Positions 52,235-64,000 of a stretch of 64,000 nucleotides of DNA are shown here, in pieces. The notes beneath the pieces were generated by a model that was given only the letters and a program-made list of their open reading frames with translations, did not search any database and was not told where the DNA came from. Origin of the DNA: Macrostomum lignano (lineage: Eukaryota); NCBI GenBank assembly GCA_002269645.1, contig NIVC01002413.1, positions 1 through 64,000 of the forward strand, read 5' to 3'. Each line of letters begins with the position of its first letter. Within the stretch, counting starts at the first letter, position 1. A program made the translations under genes and the position numbers.

Positions 52235-54270
52235 CCGTCAAAGTTGCGCAACTGTCTTCCACGCTGCTGCCTTGGTGTCGGCGGCGCTGGTCAGAAGCCG
52301 TCGACCAGCTCGAATGCCCCCGATGAGGACATTGTTCACTCTCAACAACAGCTGCATAAGCATTTCAAGTCCAATTCCCAAATCGGCGGCCTTAATTTAG
52401 CCAATCCAGATGATCTGGTGCGACCGGAGTCCGAAGAAGAAGTCGATAGATGCTTCAATGAAATCATTGTGAGTTGTGTCGAATATTGAAACCTACAGTT
52501 GATTAAAAAACAGATTAAAACAATAAGAACGAAAATTTTTCCAATCAAGGACGATCTGTTTGACAGTGCCGAAGCCAAGGAAAAGGCGGCCTCTCTACCG
52601 TTGGAGAAAAAATGGCAGCTTTATGTTGTATATCAGGCTAATGTGAGTAGCTCTTAGTGTGTGTGCCAGATTGGGAATAAAATCATTGTCCTAACTCATG
52701 ATCCCAACTCATGATCCCAACTCATGATCCCAACTCATGATCCCAACTTACAATCCTCACAGCTCATGATCCTCAAAACCCATGATTCTCATCACTCATA
52801 ATCTTCAAAACTCATGATCTCAACTCATGATCCCAACTCATGATCCTCACAACTCATGATCCTCACAACTCATGATCCTCACAACTCATGATCCCAACTC
52901 ATGATCACAACTCATGATCCTCACAACTCATGATCCTCACAACTCATGATCCTCGACACAACTCATGATACCAACTCGGGACCTTAGTGCATGGATCGCA
53001 TGATCTATAATTCCGTGTAAAAGACGGTATTTATGTACGTACTACTAGAAGCAACTTTCAAACAATTAAAAGAAAGCCATCTCAAAAGAAAAGCCAACGC
53101 AATAATTGGTTGAACCTGTCAATCAATCAATACGTTCCATCTACTCCAAATACAACTGCTAAATTAGTTACTTTCATCCACAATTTCGGTGTTTTAGTTG
53201 TGCTTGTCTTACCTGACAAGCGGACATACCGGTATGTTGCTATTTTTAGAAACACGAACTGAATATTTTCTAAACTGCTTTTTGGATGAGGCCAGAAAAA
53301 ATCCTTATCTCCTAAGCTCATCCCGGATTACCAAATAAGGCCCATACCTGCAATGTACCCAACTCTAATCCCTGCCAAAGCTGCTTCTAACAAATCAAAA
53401 ATCTATATTTTTTGGCTAGAGTTGACGCCAAAACTAAAAGTTTGATACCGAATAAAAATTGTCAAGCAACAGCTGGTGCATTAAGCTTTAATCCTGCATG
53501 GATTAAATCTGCAACCATATTGACAGCCAAGTGTAAGCTTAGGTTTCTTAGCTTTTGTGTGCAATTTGGATTTTGTCAATTACGTATAATCCTTTGGGCG
53601 TTGCCTCCCCCCCAATTCTACTCCCTCTCGTCGCCCTCTGCACTGGGGGATGAGGTCGGGGGCGGACAAAATCATAGTGCATGGAGCATAAATATGCATA
53701 TTGCCAGATCCTCTGCACATTTGCAGCGTGACTGTACTCAGCTACTCCCCCCTCCCTCTCCCCCACTATCCTCCCTTCCACGTCTCAGCCATGCATATTT
53801 TTCTCCCTGGCTAAAGCAGCAGCAGCATATAGTCGTGTGAGGGAACAATCTAAAAAATGGAGCAAACTTAAACAATAGCTATATAGTTGAGTATGCCTTC
53901 CCATTGGCATTCTTGACCAACGCTTCAATATATGCTTTCCGTTATTGTTAAAACCGCGAAATACTCAAGCAAGCCCTTTTGGGGCTGGGTTACGTACAGT
54001 AATGCCAGACTATTGACTGACTGACTTGAGGAAGAAAGTTGAAAGCAACAGAACAAGAAGAAACGGAGCAAAGATTTTTTTGAATTTAATCTTTATAAGT
54101 AAATCGCATTTAAGCGTTTCTCAAGTACTATTGAGCGCCTTTCACACTCAATTTTATATAACTGTCGATCAGAAGTTCATGGCTATAGTTGAAATAGAAC
54201 AAAGTTGCTTGTTAATCTCCAGCTAAACAAAGTCACGTGATTTAGCTTAAACAGTGACGAGAAAACTGCC

Positions 54271-54303
<33 letters not shown>

Positions 54304-57300
54304 ATTGCTGCGCACTGATTTAGCGATGTATTCTGATTGGCTGGTGGAGAGAATACTGTATACCCCAAACAGACTGGGTGGGGGGCTGGTTTATACTGGG
54401 GTGGGGTGCTGGTCTATGCTGGGATGGGGGGCTGGCCTAGACTGGGGTGGGGGGCTGGCCTAGACTGGGATGGGGGGGCTGGCCTAGACTGGGATGGGGG
54501 GCTGGCCTAGACTGGGGTGGGGGCTGGCCTAGACTGGGGTGGGGGCTGGCCTAGACTGGGATGAGGGGCTGGCCTAGACTGGGGTGGGGGGCTGGCCTAG
54601 ACTGGGGTGGGGGCTGGCCTAGACTGGGGTGGGGGCTGGCCTAGACTGGGGTGGGGTATTGGTCTAGACTGGGGTGGGGTGGCCTAGACTGGGGTGGGGG
54701 GTGGCCTAGACTGGGGTGGGGTATTGGCCTAGACTGGGGTGGGGTATTGGTCTAGACTGGGGTGGGGGTGGCCTAGACTGGGGTGGGGTATTGGTCTAGA
54801 CTGGGGTGGGGTGTTGGTCTAGACTGGGGTGAGGTATTGGTCTAGACTGGGGTGGGGGCTGGCCTAGACTGGGGTGGGGTATTGGCCTAGACTGGGGTGG
54901 GGTATTGGTCTAGACTGGGATGGGGGCTGGCCTAGACTGGGATGGGGTATTGGTCTAGACTGGGGTGGGGTGTTGGTCTAGACTGGGGTGAGGTATTGGT
55001 CTAGACTGGGGTGGGGGCTGGCCTAGACTGGGGTGGGGTATTGGCCTAGACTGGGGTGGGGTATTGGTCTAGACTGGGATGGGGGCTGGCCTAGACTGGG
55101 ATGGGGGTGGCCTAGACTGGGGTGGGGTATTGGTCTAGACTGGGGTGGGGTGTTGGTCTAGACTGGGATGGGGGGCTGGCCTAGACTGCAACGCACCGGT
55201 CAACCCGAGCATGGTCTATGGCAGAACCCCATTTACATGTACTCGTAATGCAACGGAACATTGTAAAATTCATTTATTTGTTGCACGCAAATGTGGATTT
55301 ACGAGTAGTATGCTCAATTAGAGAACGCATAGCGCAATATGGGGTCTCGCCATTGACGAATTCGAAAAAAATCCGCGCTAGTGAAATCCCATTAGTATAT
55401 TGGAATTTAAAGTTTCATTCTACAGTAATATTTTTTGTATTTTGTCGTAACTGCGAATTTAATTTTTTTAAACGAAATCCTTAACTAAACAAAAAACACG
55501 ATTCTATTTCGGACTGGACAAAGGGCCGTCTTAATTTGATCGACCCCAGTGACCTGTCTGTTTTACTGCAGTACAGTATACTTAGTGCATAGAATTTGTT
55601 AATTTGTGCATTCTATTATGCAGATTTTGTCCAGGTAACTCGAAAAACCCTGAGAAAGTTGATATTGGAACAGTCATGTTGACAAAACAAGTTTAGATGC
55701 GGGTTATACTTTTTTGCTTCTGGTTTCTAGTGAAAAAGACCGACCCTAAACACTGCCGAGGTAATTAGTTCATTAGATAATTAGCTTTCTTCGATTTCGA
55801 AGAATCAACGCTGCCTTTTCAACCTGAACAAAATGCAGCTCGTAAATTACCATTTCGCTGATCCCAACTCATGATTCCAATTCATGATCCCAAACCCATG
55901 ATACCAACTCATGATCCCAACTCATGATCCCAACTCATGATCCCAACTCATGATCCCAAATCCATGATCCCAACTCATGATCCCAAATCCATGATCCCAA
56001 CTCATGATCCCAACTCATGATCCCAACTCATGATCCCAACCCATAATCCCAACCCATAATCCCAACTCATGATCCCAACCCATCATCCCAACTCATGATA
56101 CCAAACCCATGATCCCAACTCATGATCCCAACCTATCATCCCAACTCATGATACCAAACCCATGATCCCAACCCATGATCCCAACCCATCATCCCAACTC
56201 ATGATACCAAACCCATGATCCCAACCCATGATCCCAACCCATGATCCCAACTCATGATCCCAACCTATCATCCCAACTCATGATACCAAACCCATGATCC
56301 CAACCCATGATCCCAACCCATGATCCCAACCCATGATCCCAACCCATGATCCCAACTCATGATACCAAACCCATGATCCCAACTCATGATCCTTTGTTAT
56401 GACTAACCTTTTGGCCCCTAACAACTTGTTTTTTATTTGGATCATAAAAGCATTGAAATAATTAGCTGTGCTTGTGTAAATTTGCTAAACAAGTTTATTT
56501 CCGTAAGTTAATCGCGGCTTAGAACGCGTATAGCTAGTTCTATTACAATATAAGCGGCTGTTATAAGTTGCTTCACACCTAGCGGAAAGCTTATACAAAG
56601 GCAAATAATAAATAACGCACTGACATAAAAACCAACTGGAACCCAAATGTAGTTATTAAGTGTATGCGGCCAAAATAGCAGAGCTAATCAGCTACACGTA
56701 GTTACAATCTTTTTCACCTATTTATATATTCGACCAAGAGGAATGGCTTCGGCATTGAACACTGTTTTATAAGCACCGCTTGTACCTTGTAAATATGTAT
56801 ATAGTGTTACTTCTGACTGATTGCAACACACTATATAGGGGTTGACAGGCAGTCAAAGTGTCTCTTGAGAGGCGTCAAGTGCCAGTAGGGACAGAGCTGG
56901 CTAATAAAGGACAGGCTAACAGGTGACCTGGATATTTTGTTAAAGGCTTGTGAAGAGACAAAAAGCATGAGAGATAATCTCGGAGTCAATAGTGATAATT
57001 ATTGTATTAATAATAATATTTGCAGGAGAGCTTTGGGCACGATTCCGCTGGCTCTTGAGCCAGGCACATAAAATCAGGCCATGGGGTTGGCCCTCATGGG
57101 TCCATTCCAAATCCGCAACCTGAATCGATTTCAAATGCATCTATTAGCACTTTTAGAACGCACCGTTATTTATTAGTAGTTACCTGTCCGTCCTGATATT
57201 GGTAAAATACTCCAAAAATCCCCAATCGAAACATTTCCATCAAATTTTAGCCAACTTTCACAGAGTTGAAACACATTCCGGATCAGTTATTTGGTAAATC

Positions 57301-59884
57301 AACTTTAATAACTCTTTTTTTGCAATGGCGGCGCAATCAAGTAGATTAAGTAGGCAGTGCGAGAGCAATTAACGCATTACCAAACCTGCGAATACGCTTT
57401 TTTCGGCTCATTTTTCATTCCTCTGATCAATTGCATTTTTCGAGTGTGCGCCCTTAGCGACTTCAATAACAGTTCGCAACATTATACGGTCACAGTGCTG
57501 CAATAATGCGCGAACTTACCTACTGATTAACGAGTCTAACAGTAGTAAGCTTTGCATTTTATTTACCCAAAATGATGAAGTTGTGTTTTTCTGATTTAAT
57601 TTTTCACTATTTTAGGACAATTCTAACAGCGAAAACAAGAACCAGCTGTCAGTCTATCTTTACTATTTGAAGCTGATGTCACAGGTAAGAATTTTCATGG
57701 GAAACAGGACTGAGGCTGTGATAAAATAGGAAAATGTATTTGCTCGTATTCTCAGCCAATCAGAAATCAGCTGCACACCCTCCCCCCTCCCCAACCCCCA
57801 TAACCTACAGCGCATGGTTGTAGACGACTCTCCCGCTCGCCTATTGGACGGCTTGGCAGCTTCGCTCCGCTCTCAGCCAATCAGCTTCGTTCGCGCTTTC
57901 CTAGACGGCGGCGGCCTGGACGCCCTAGCCGAGGTGCTGGCCATAGACAGCTACGATGATGCGATAGCGGTGAGCCTCCTGCGCTGCCTCTACTGCGCTA
58001 TGAACAGCCAGTTAGGCAGAGACGCAGTTTCCGAGCATCCCAGCTTAGCCGACTCGTTGCTAGGCGCCCTAGTAACCAAAGTGAACAGCCACGCCAAGCT
58101 GTACGCTAGCAACATGCTAGCCGTGCTAGCTTTGGGCCCCGGCTGGCATCGGGTCATGCGAGCCTTTGATCGACAAGCTATCGCTGGTGGTCGACGATTT
58201 CACTTGCTGGTTCGCGAGCTGGCCTGGGCGGTCAGCGTTGACCTTGCAGTGTCCCTGCTGGCGCTGATCAACGCCCTGCTGCACTGTGCGCCACCGACTC
58301 ATCAGACAACGCTCCTCCGCGCTTCTAGCGATCGGTCAGTCGATCAGCATCTGCGTCAAAGTCAGCTGCGTCGACGATTGCTGCTCCGCGCCGACCTGCG
58401 CCGCTGGGGCATCGACCAGCTGCTGGCGGAGTCGCCACATCGTCAGGCGCCGAATTTCGCTCGCCAGTGCGACGCGTTTCGCAGTCTGGCAGCCGACGAC
58501 GCCGCCGAGATGGCCGCCTGGCTGTCGGAGTCGGCGCCAGATTCGAACGATCTCGCCTCTACCATAGAGATGCTTGACGACGGTTGTCATGGACGCGCGA
58601 TGCTGGAGAGTTGCGGCCTGATGCTGGCCGAGAGGCGGCAAGCACGGCTTCGACTGGCCGCCCTCATGATGGAGCAACTGTGCCAACAGCCTGCAGCTGA
58701 CATTGACTATCCTGATGTTGTCGATGTCGACGAAGTTGACGGAATCGTCGATGAAAATGACTCAACGATTCGTCTGCTGCCTGGTTTATGCGTAAATCGG
58801 GTAGAGCGCCGACTCGAGGAGCTGGAGACGGAACGTGGCAAGCTGTCAGAGCAGATCGACGAGCTTCGACACCGGGGTCAGCTGATGCAGGAAGATCTGG
58901 AAGCTGGAAAGCGATCGCTGGCCGGAAAGGATCAGCTGTTGGAAGCGCAAGCCATGGAGATTGACCGGCTGAGGGAAACAGTGAAGCTACTGGAGTCACG
59001 CATGGTGACTAAAGGTGATTGAAAGTGGATTACGAGCGGACTATCTAGGGTTGGGGTCAAGGTTGGAGGACTGTCTAGGGTCGGGGTCAAGGTCGGAGGA
59101 CTGTCTAGGGTCTGGGCTAAGTCCGGAGGACTGTCTAGGGTCGGGGTCAAGGTCGGAGGACTGTCTAGGGTCTGGGCTAAGTCCGGAGGACTGTCTAGGG
59201 TCGGGGTCAAGGTCGGAGGACTGTCTAGGGTCTGGGCTAAGTCCGGAGGACTGTCTAGGGTCGGGGTCAAGGCCGGAGGACTGTCTAGGGTCTGGGCTAA
59301 GTCCGAAGGACTGTCTAGGGTCGGGGTCAAGGTTGGAGGACTGTCTAGGGTCTGGGCTAAGTCCGGAGGACTGTCTAGGGTTGGGGTCAAGGTTGGAGGA
59401 CTGTCTAGGGTCTGGGCTAAGTCCGGAGGACTTCTAGGGTCGGGGTCAAGGTCGGAGGACTGTCTAGGGTCTGGGCTAAATCCGGAGGACTGTCTAGGGT
59501 TTGAGCTAAGTCCGGAGGACTGTCTAGGGTCGGGGTCAAGGCCGGAGGACTGTCTAGGGTCTGGGCTAAGTCCGGAGGACTGTCTAGGGTCGGGGTCAAG
59601 GTCGGAGGACTGTCTAGGGTCGGTATCATGGTCGAACTTACTGGAGGCGTGGTCAAAGACTGACTGTCTAGGGAAAGGGTCAAGCGCAGAATGTCAAGCG
59701 TCGGGGTCAGGAGGTCTAGACCGACAGTAAAGACAAAGACCTTGAAAAATTACCGCTTCTGGTGTCAAAACTGAACATCGCAGCGTTATTTAAACAAATT
59801 CAACTTTTAGACAAAACCGATGCGACTTCTTCGTCAGCTCCTCCGGCACCTCCGCCAGCACCGCCTCCAGCTCCACCGCCGCCA

Positions 59885-59915
<31 letters not shown>

Positions 59916-62900
59916 CGCCGCCACCGGGCGGTCCGCCAGCCTCCGGCACTGCGGCCCCGAAATTCGCCAGGCCTCGTGTCCGAGTTCGCCGATTTCACGC
60001 ACCGCTGCTGCAGTCGGAGCCTGGCTCAGACAGCCTGTGGTCTCGGGTCAGCGTTGAGCAGGTGACGCTAAAGTGGCAAACTGTGTACTCTTGTCTTCTG
60101 TTTCGTGCTTGGTTTTTAGGTGTACGGTTTTCTATGGTTTCCATAGTAGGAGCCTCAATAAGTAAAATTTTGCGATCAATTAACCAAACAATCAATTCAA
60201 TCAATCTGCGAATAAAAAAATAAATCTTTCAGTCACACATAAATCAATCAATCAATCAATCAGTCAATCAATCAGTCAGTCAATCAATTATTCAATAAGT
60301 CAATCAATCAATTGTTAATCAGTCAGTCAATCAGTCAGTCAATCAAATAATCAATAAGACAATTAATCAATCATTCGATCGATCAATCAACTAATCAACT
60401 ATTGCATAATTAAGCAAAAAATCAAACAACTAATTGTCAGTCAATCAATCAGTCAATAAATCAATCAATCAATCAATCAACAGGCCATCTCCGAGATCAA
60501 TCTGCGCGATATTGAGCGAGCATTCGGCGACAAGCCGACAGCCTCGGACGACTTGGCGGACGGCGAAAATCAGCTGTCGGCAGATGGACAGCAGGGCCAG
60601 CTTTCCCTATTGCACCAGCGGATGACTGACAACCAGCCGCCCGCAACCAGCCAGCATTTAAGCCAGCGTTCGTCAACTTCCTACGCGAAGATTCTGAGTC
60701 CGGAACGGCGGAAAGCCTTGGAGATTTTGTTGCAGAGCTTGCGAATGTCGCAGATTGACGATCAAAAATTGATCGAAGCTGTGGCCAGCATGGACGCTGA
60801 GAACTGCCTGTCCGGACACCTGTGTCAGCAGCTTCTAGCCGTTGCTATGCCAACGCAGGATGAAGCTGCGCAGTTGAAACGGGCAGCGTCTGCTAAGCTG
60901 CCACTGGTAAGATGCTTAGTAGATGTGGCATGCCCAAGTGGCCTTGTAGAAATGTCAATACTAAGTTTACCCTTTTATAATTTCTGTTCACGTCGCCATC
61001 AATTGAGCCATCGCAATAGCACGACTGGTCTTCTACAAAAAGACGAAAAAATTCATCGAGTTTACCCAATGGAAACGGTACCTAAGCCAAGAAGCGTCCC
61101 AGAGTCACTTGCGTCGCCCTAGAGTCGTTTCAGAGTCATTGCAAATGACACAGGTAAATTAGGAAAGAAGTGACTCTAAACGAATCAAAAACGACAAGAT
61201 GTCACGGTACAAGTGGCAAAAAAGTCGTCAAAGAGTAATCTAAGAATCACTTTGAATCGTTTTATTGGCTGCGACTCTGAAACGACTCTGGAATCGAATT
61301 TGAGGCGTGCTAAAGTCTCTGTAGAGTAGTCACTGAGTTGTGTTTGAAGCGCATTTGCGTCGTTTGATGACTTAGAGTTTCAACGGTGTTCTCCAATCGC
61401 TAAAAAGTCGCAGAAGAAGTGCTTTAGCGTCACTGTAGAATCGCTAGTGCGTCACTTCTGAGACGCTCTGGACGCCTTACAGAGTCGGATCGTTACAATT
61501 ATGCAATAAACACTCAGTCCTATTGAACTTTACTTGCACTCTAGCTAGCCTATACATACTCTCGTACCAACTTAGAAGAAAGTTCTCAACACAACGATTC
61601 TTGAATGAATTTCTTGCGATTCTTTTACATGAGACGTTGCATGAGATGCGTTCGAGTCGTTAGTAAGTCGCAAGAATCGCGACAGAGTTTCCAGAATAAC
61701 AAGAGAATTTTTAGCGATTATTGTCACGGCATCGTTTTCAACGGGTTATCCTTTTGTCCACAGCCCCACAGGCCTGCCATCAAGTAATAGTTTAAATAAA
61801 CTTTGTAAAAGCAACCTTGCATAGGTCCGTCCAATGCAGAAAAGTCTATTTACGAGTTGGGGCATCAACTTGCGGGCAGTACGACGATCGGTACGTATGA
61901 TGCCGCCTGCCAACTGGAGTCGTCAACGGCTCAGGAGGTCGATTGGCCGCTTCGTTGACGTCAAAATCGAGGCAATACGCAAAATGCATAAATTAGCCTG
62001 ATTGCATTGCGTTAAGCTGGGTTTTTACCATAGACAAACTCAGTTGAAAACTGCTTCGTTTAGACTTTCAACCATAGATCTTATATTCCCTAGATAGGCC
62101 ACTTTTGTATGGCGGCAATAGGGAACGCGCGACCACTTGTGCGAAAAAAGCCGACATGGGTTGCTTAAATTTTGAGTTCAGTAGCTTATGGACATAGACG
62201 CTAGTTTTTTGAGAATTGAATAAAGCTTCGCATGGATTAATTAAAAAGCTACTCAATTGAACTAAAAATGATGAATTCACATGAATTCACTGCAGAGACT
62301 ACTGACAAAATTGAGTTCAGTCGTTGATTTTCGCGCTGTCGCGAGAAGCGAATTTTTTTACATTAGCTTCTATGGCCACATAATCGGTTAATGATAGGCC
62401 CATCTTGTGTATATATGGTATATATTCCCCATTTATTTTGATGTCTAGCGGTCAAAGCAAGAGGTGTCTCGTTTATTGACCGGCGAAGCCGAGGCGAAGC
62501 CGAGGTCAATGATCGAGACACCGAGTGCTTTTGGCCCTAGACAGCTAAATGAGTGGGGAATATGATATGTATCCCCCGTTCGGTATGTTGGCTGCTAGCG
62601 GGGATGAGGGGGCAGATTGCTCGCTGGGGGTGTGGGGGCGAAGCCCCACATTTAGGCCACAGACAAATTTTAATTTATTTGCATCGATGCACAGTGAGGC
62701 AAACTAGCAAAAAGTCAAGGGGAACTAAAATACAAAAGAACTATAAAAAGTAACAATAAAAAATGAAAAGTATAAATTACGTTTTTAGTCTATGGCACAA
62801 AGCTGAAGGCTAATCTAGAAAGAAATTACTGCACGTCGAAGTAAAGTTATTTGTGCAGCAAAACTGCAAGCCGGGAGACTTATACGACTGAGAGACGTGC

Positions 62901-64000
62901 TGATTTTATCGACAAATAAGCCAAGAGATATGTCTGGACAGTCTGGTGCTCGACATCAAATCTTGTCGGATGCAGAAGCTGATGCGCTGGTAAGTGCAAC
63001 AGTACCACCAAATACGGTCAAGAAGAGTGCGTGGATGATATCGACGTTTAAAGAGTGGCACGAATGCAAAAAAGAAGACTGGGCAAAGAATGGCGGCTCC
63101 TCTCTGATGGTATTGAAATCTATGGACGAATTTACTAGGTCCGACTTGAACTATTTGCTGAAACTTTTCATCCTTGAGGTAAGGAGTAAGAAGCATGAGC
63201 GCTACTCGGCTGGAACTCTCAAGGACTTCGTGTCTATGCTGCAGTATGAAATGCGCAATGTCTACGGAAAGGACTGGAGCCTTTGGACGGATGTTCAGTT
63301 TGCTGAAAGTAGAAAATCGCTGGATGCGGCTATGAAGCTATCAACTGCGGAAGGAAAAGGAGTCGGGCTAAAAAAGTCAGAGCCTGTGACGAAATCTATC
63401 GAAGGAAATCGAACGAACTTTATATCACACATTTTGTGTCCTACAGTTGTAATTAAGCTTTTGTGTGTTACACTTTTTTGCTAGTTTTTGTTAGTCTATG
63501 GTTGTTGTCTCGAATTTATCAGCCCGCGGGGCAGCGGGAAATAAATGATTTATTCACCTAGGGAAATAAATGAAAACATGCGTCACATAGACACTCGCCC
63601 GGGGCAAAAGGGGGATACATGGACTTTGCTTTCTTCCTAATTGTAAATTAAACAAGTATCGTATGTTCAAGTAGTGCTAAAAAATTGGAACCTTCCTACC
63701 TTGGTATTGCATTTTTCGAGTGTAGCGAGTGTAAGCCCTTAAACATCTCAACTTACTTTTCATATCTCAGGGCCAAGCAGCAACTTTCATGCTGCGCCTC
63801 AGCTCGGCACCGCAGTTCACCGAGAAGCTCCGAGCTCTCGCCTTTCGTCACGGATTCGCCGAAAAGTCCATCGACTGCCGCAATCACCTGGCGCTGCTGT
63901 CGGCCGCCTGTCGTCAAGCGCTGGAAAGCCGAGCCCTGAGGCGTCTCCTGACTTTGACAGCGGCCTTGGTGGCCCTGCTTGGCCCGAGTCCAAATCAGGC
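52235..64000 (+). CDS. DAAM: DAAM-type Diaphanous-related formin, running off the window. Exons 52235-52468, 52550-52642, 57616-57684, 57811-59014, 59811-60061, 60484-60906, 63771 to beyond 64000
   Basis: GBD: EEVDRCFNEII|DDLFDSAEAKEKAASLPLEKKWQLY (cf. EELDVMFSELVDELDL...LPAEKKWQIY). FH3: SLRSQPISFVRAFLDGGGL, LLRCLYCAMNSQLG. Coiled coil, poly-Pro FH1, FH2: LWSRV, INLRDIERAF, ILSPERRKALEILL, TFMLRLSSAPQFTEKLRALAF. Junction phases consistent. Start codon not found. Confidence 0.85.
52695..52980. repeat. 13-bp minisatellite (AACTCATGATCCC)n
   Basis: Tandem, in formin intron 52643-57615. Confidence 0.9.
54375..55190. repeat. 21/22-bp G-rich minisatellite (CTAGACTGGGGTGGGGGCTGGC)n
   Basis: About 37 units. 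Confidence 0.95.
55860..56390. repeat. 13-bp minisatellite (AAC[T/C]CATGATCCC)n, same family as 52695-52980
   Basis: Seen directly. Confidence 0.9.
59040..59625. repeat. 30-bp minisatellite organised as a 60-bp dimer (GGAGGACTGTCTAGGGTC + GGGGTCAAGGTC / TGGGCTAAGTCC)
   Basis: Alternating units starting about 25 nt after the donor at 59015. Confidence 0.95.
60240..60480. repeat. Degenerate (TCAA)n/(TCAG)n microsatellite
   Basis: Fills the 3' half of intron 60062-60483. Confidence 0.85.
62401..63625 (+). mobile_element. Truncated Crypton-type (tyrosine recombinase / DUF3504 family) element in a formin intron; ORF 62930-63484
   Basis: VPPNTVKKSAWMISTFKEW...DLNYLLKLFILEVRSKKHERYSAGTL...FAESRKSLDAAMKLSTAEGKGVGLKKSEPVT matches the N-terminal half of animal Crypton/ZMYM-QRICH1-KCTD1-type proteins and stops before the catalytic region. 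Terminal hairpins and an 11-bp inverted repeat (62567-62577 / 63610-63620). Element limits approximate. Confidence 0.75.

Noticed and set aside
53127-53321. VFGVDGTY motif reminiscent of a MULE transposase first Asp
   Set aside because: Single short motif at the end of a small ORF; insufficient.
61820-61960. YDAACQL motif reminiscent of KDZ/CxC transposases
   Set aside because: Short frame closed by a stop, with no other supporting motifs.

Overview
Repeat-rich, intron-containing animal (metazoan) genomic DNA. The style (GC-rich exons, introns packed with unrelated mini/microsatellites, several single-base frameshifts) suggests a free-living flatworm such as Macrostomum; that is inference, not proven. 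Genes reconstructed by hand from translation and splice sites: a SARA/endofin (ZFYVE9/16) C-terminal-domain gene (+, about 3.2-12.2 kb); a small single-pass mucin-like membrane protein (+, 16.5-17.2 kb, one frameshift); a TRPM-like channel with N-terminal ankyrin repeats (-, 29.3-22.7 kb); NELF-C/D (TH1L) (-, 43.9-39.3 kb); SPATA7-like (-, 47.5-45.7 kb); and a DAAM-type formin (+, 52.2 kb to beyond the window end). Two weaker candidate small genes lie at 2.0-3.2 kb and 34.2-36.2 kb. Mobile DNA: two tRNA-headed SINE families (two copies each), a deleted Tc1/mariner element, a truncated Crypton-type element and a 270-bp hairpin-ended insert in a (CTAA)n array. About 30 tandem arrays explain most long ORFs in the ORF track. 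Most unusual signals: a sharply bounded CpG-free, TpA-rich domain of about 3 kb (48-51 kb), the ankyrin-TRPM architecture, a candidate intron made entirely of splice-site-bearing repeats, and a hidden candidate secreted-peptide gene. All family calls come from recalled motif similarity; no searches were run.
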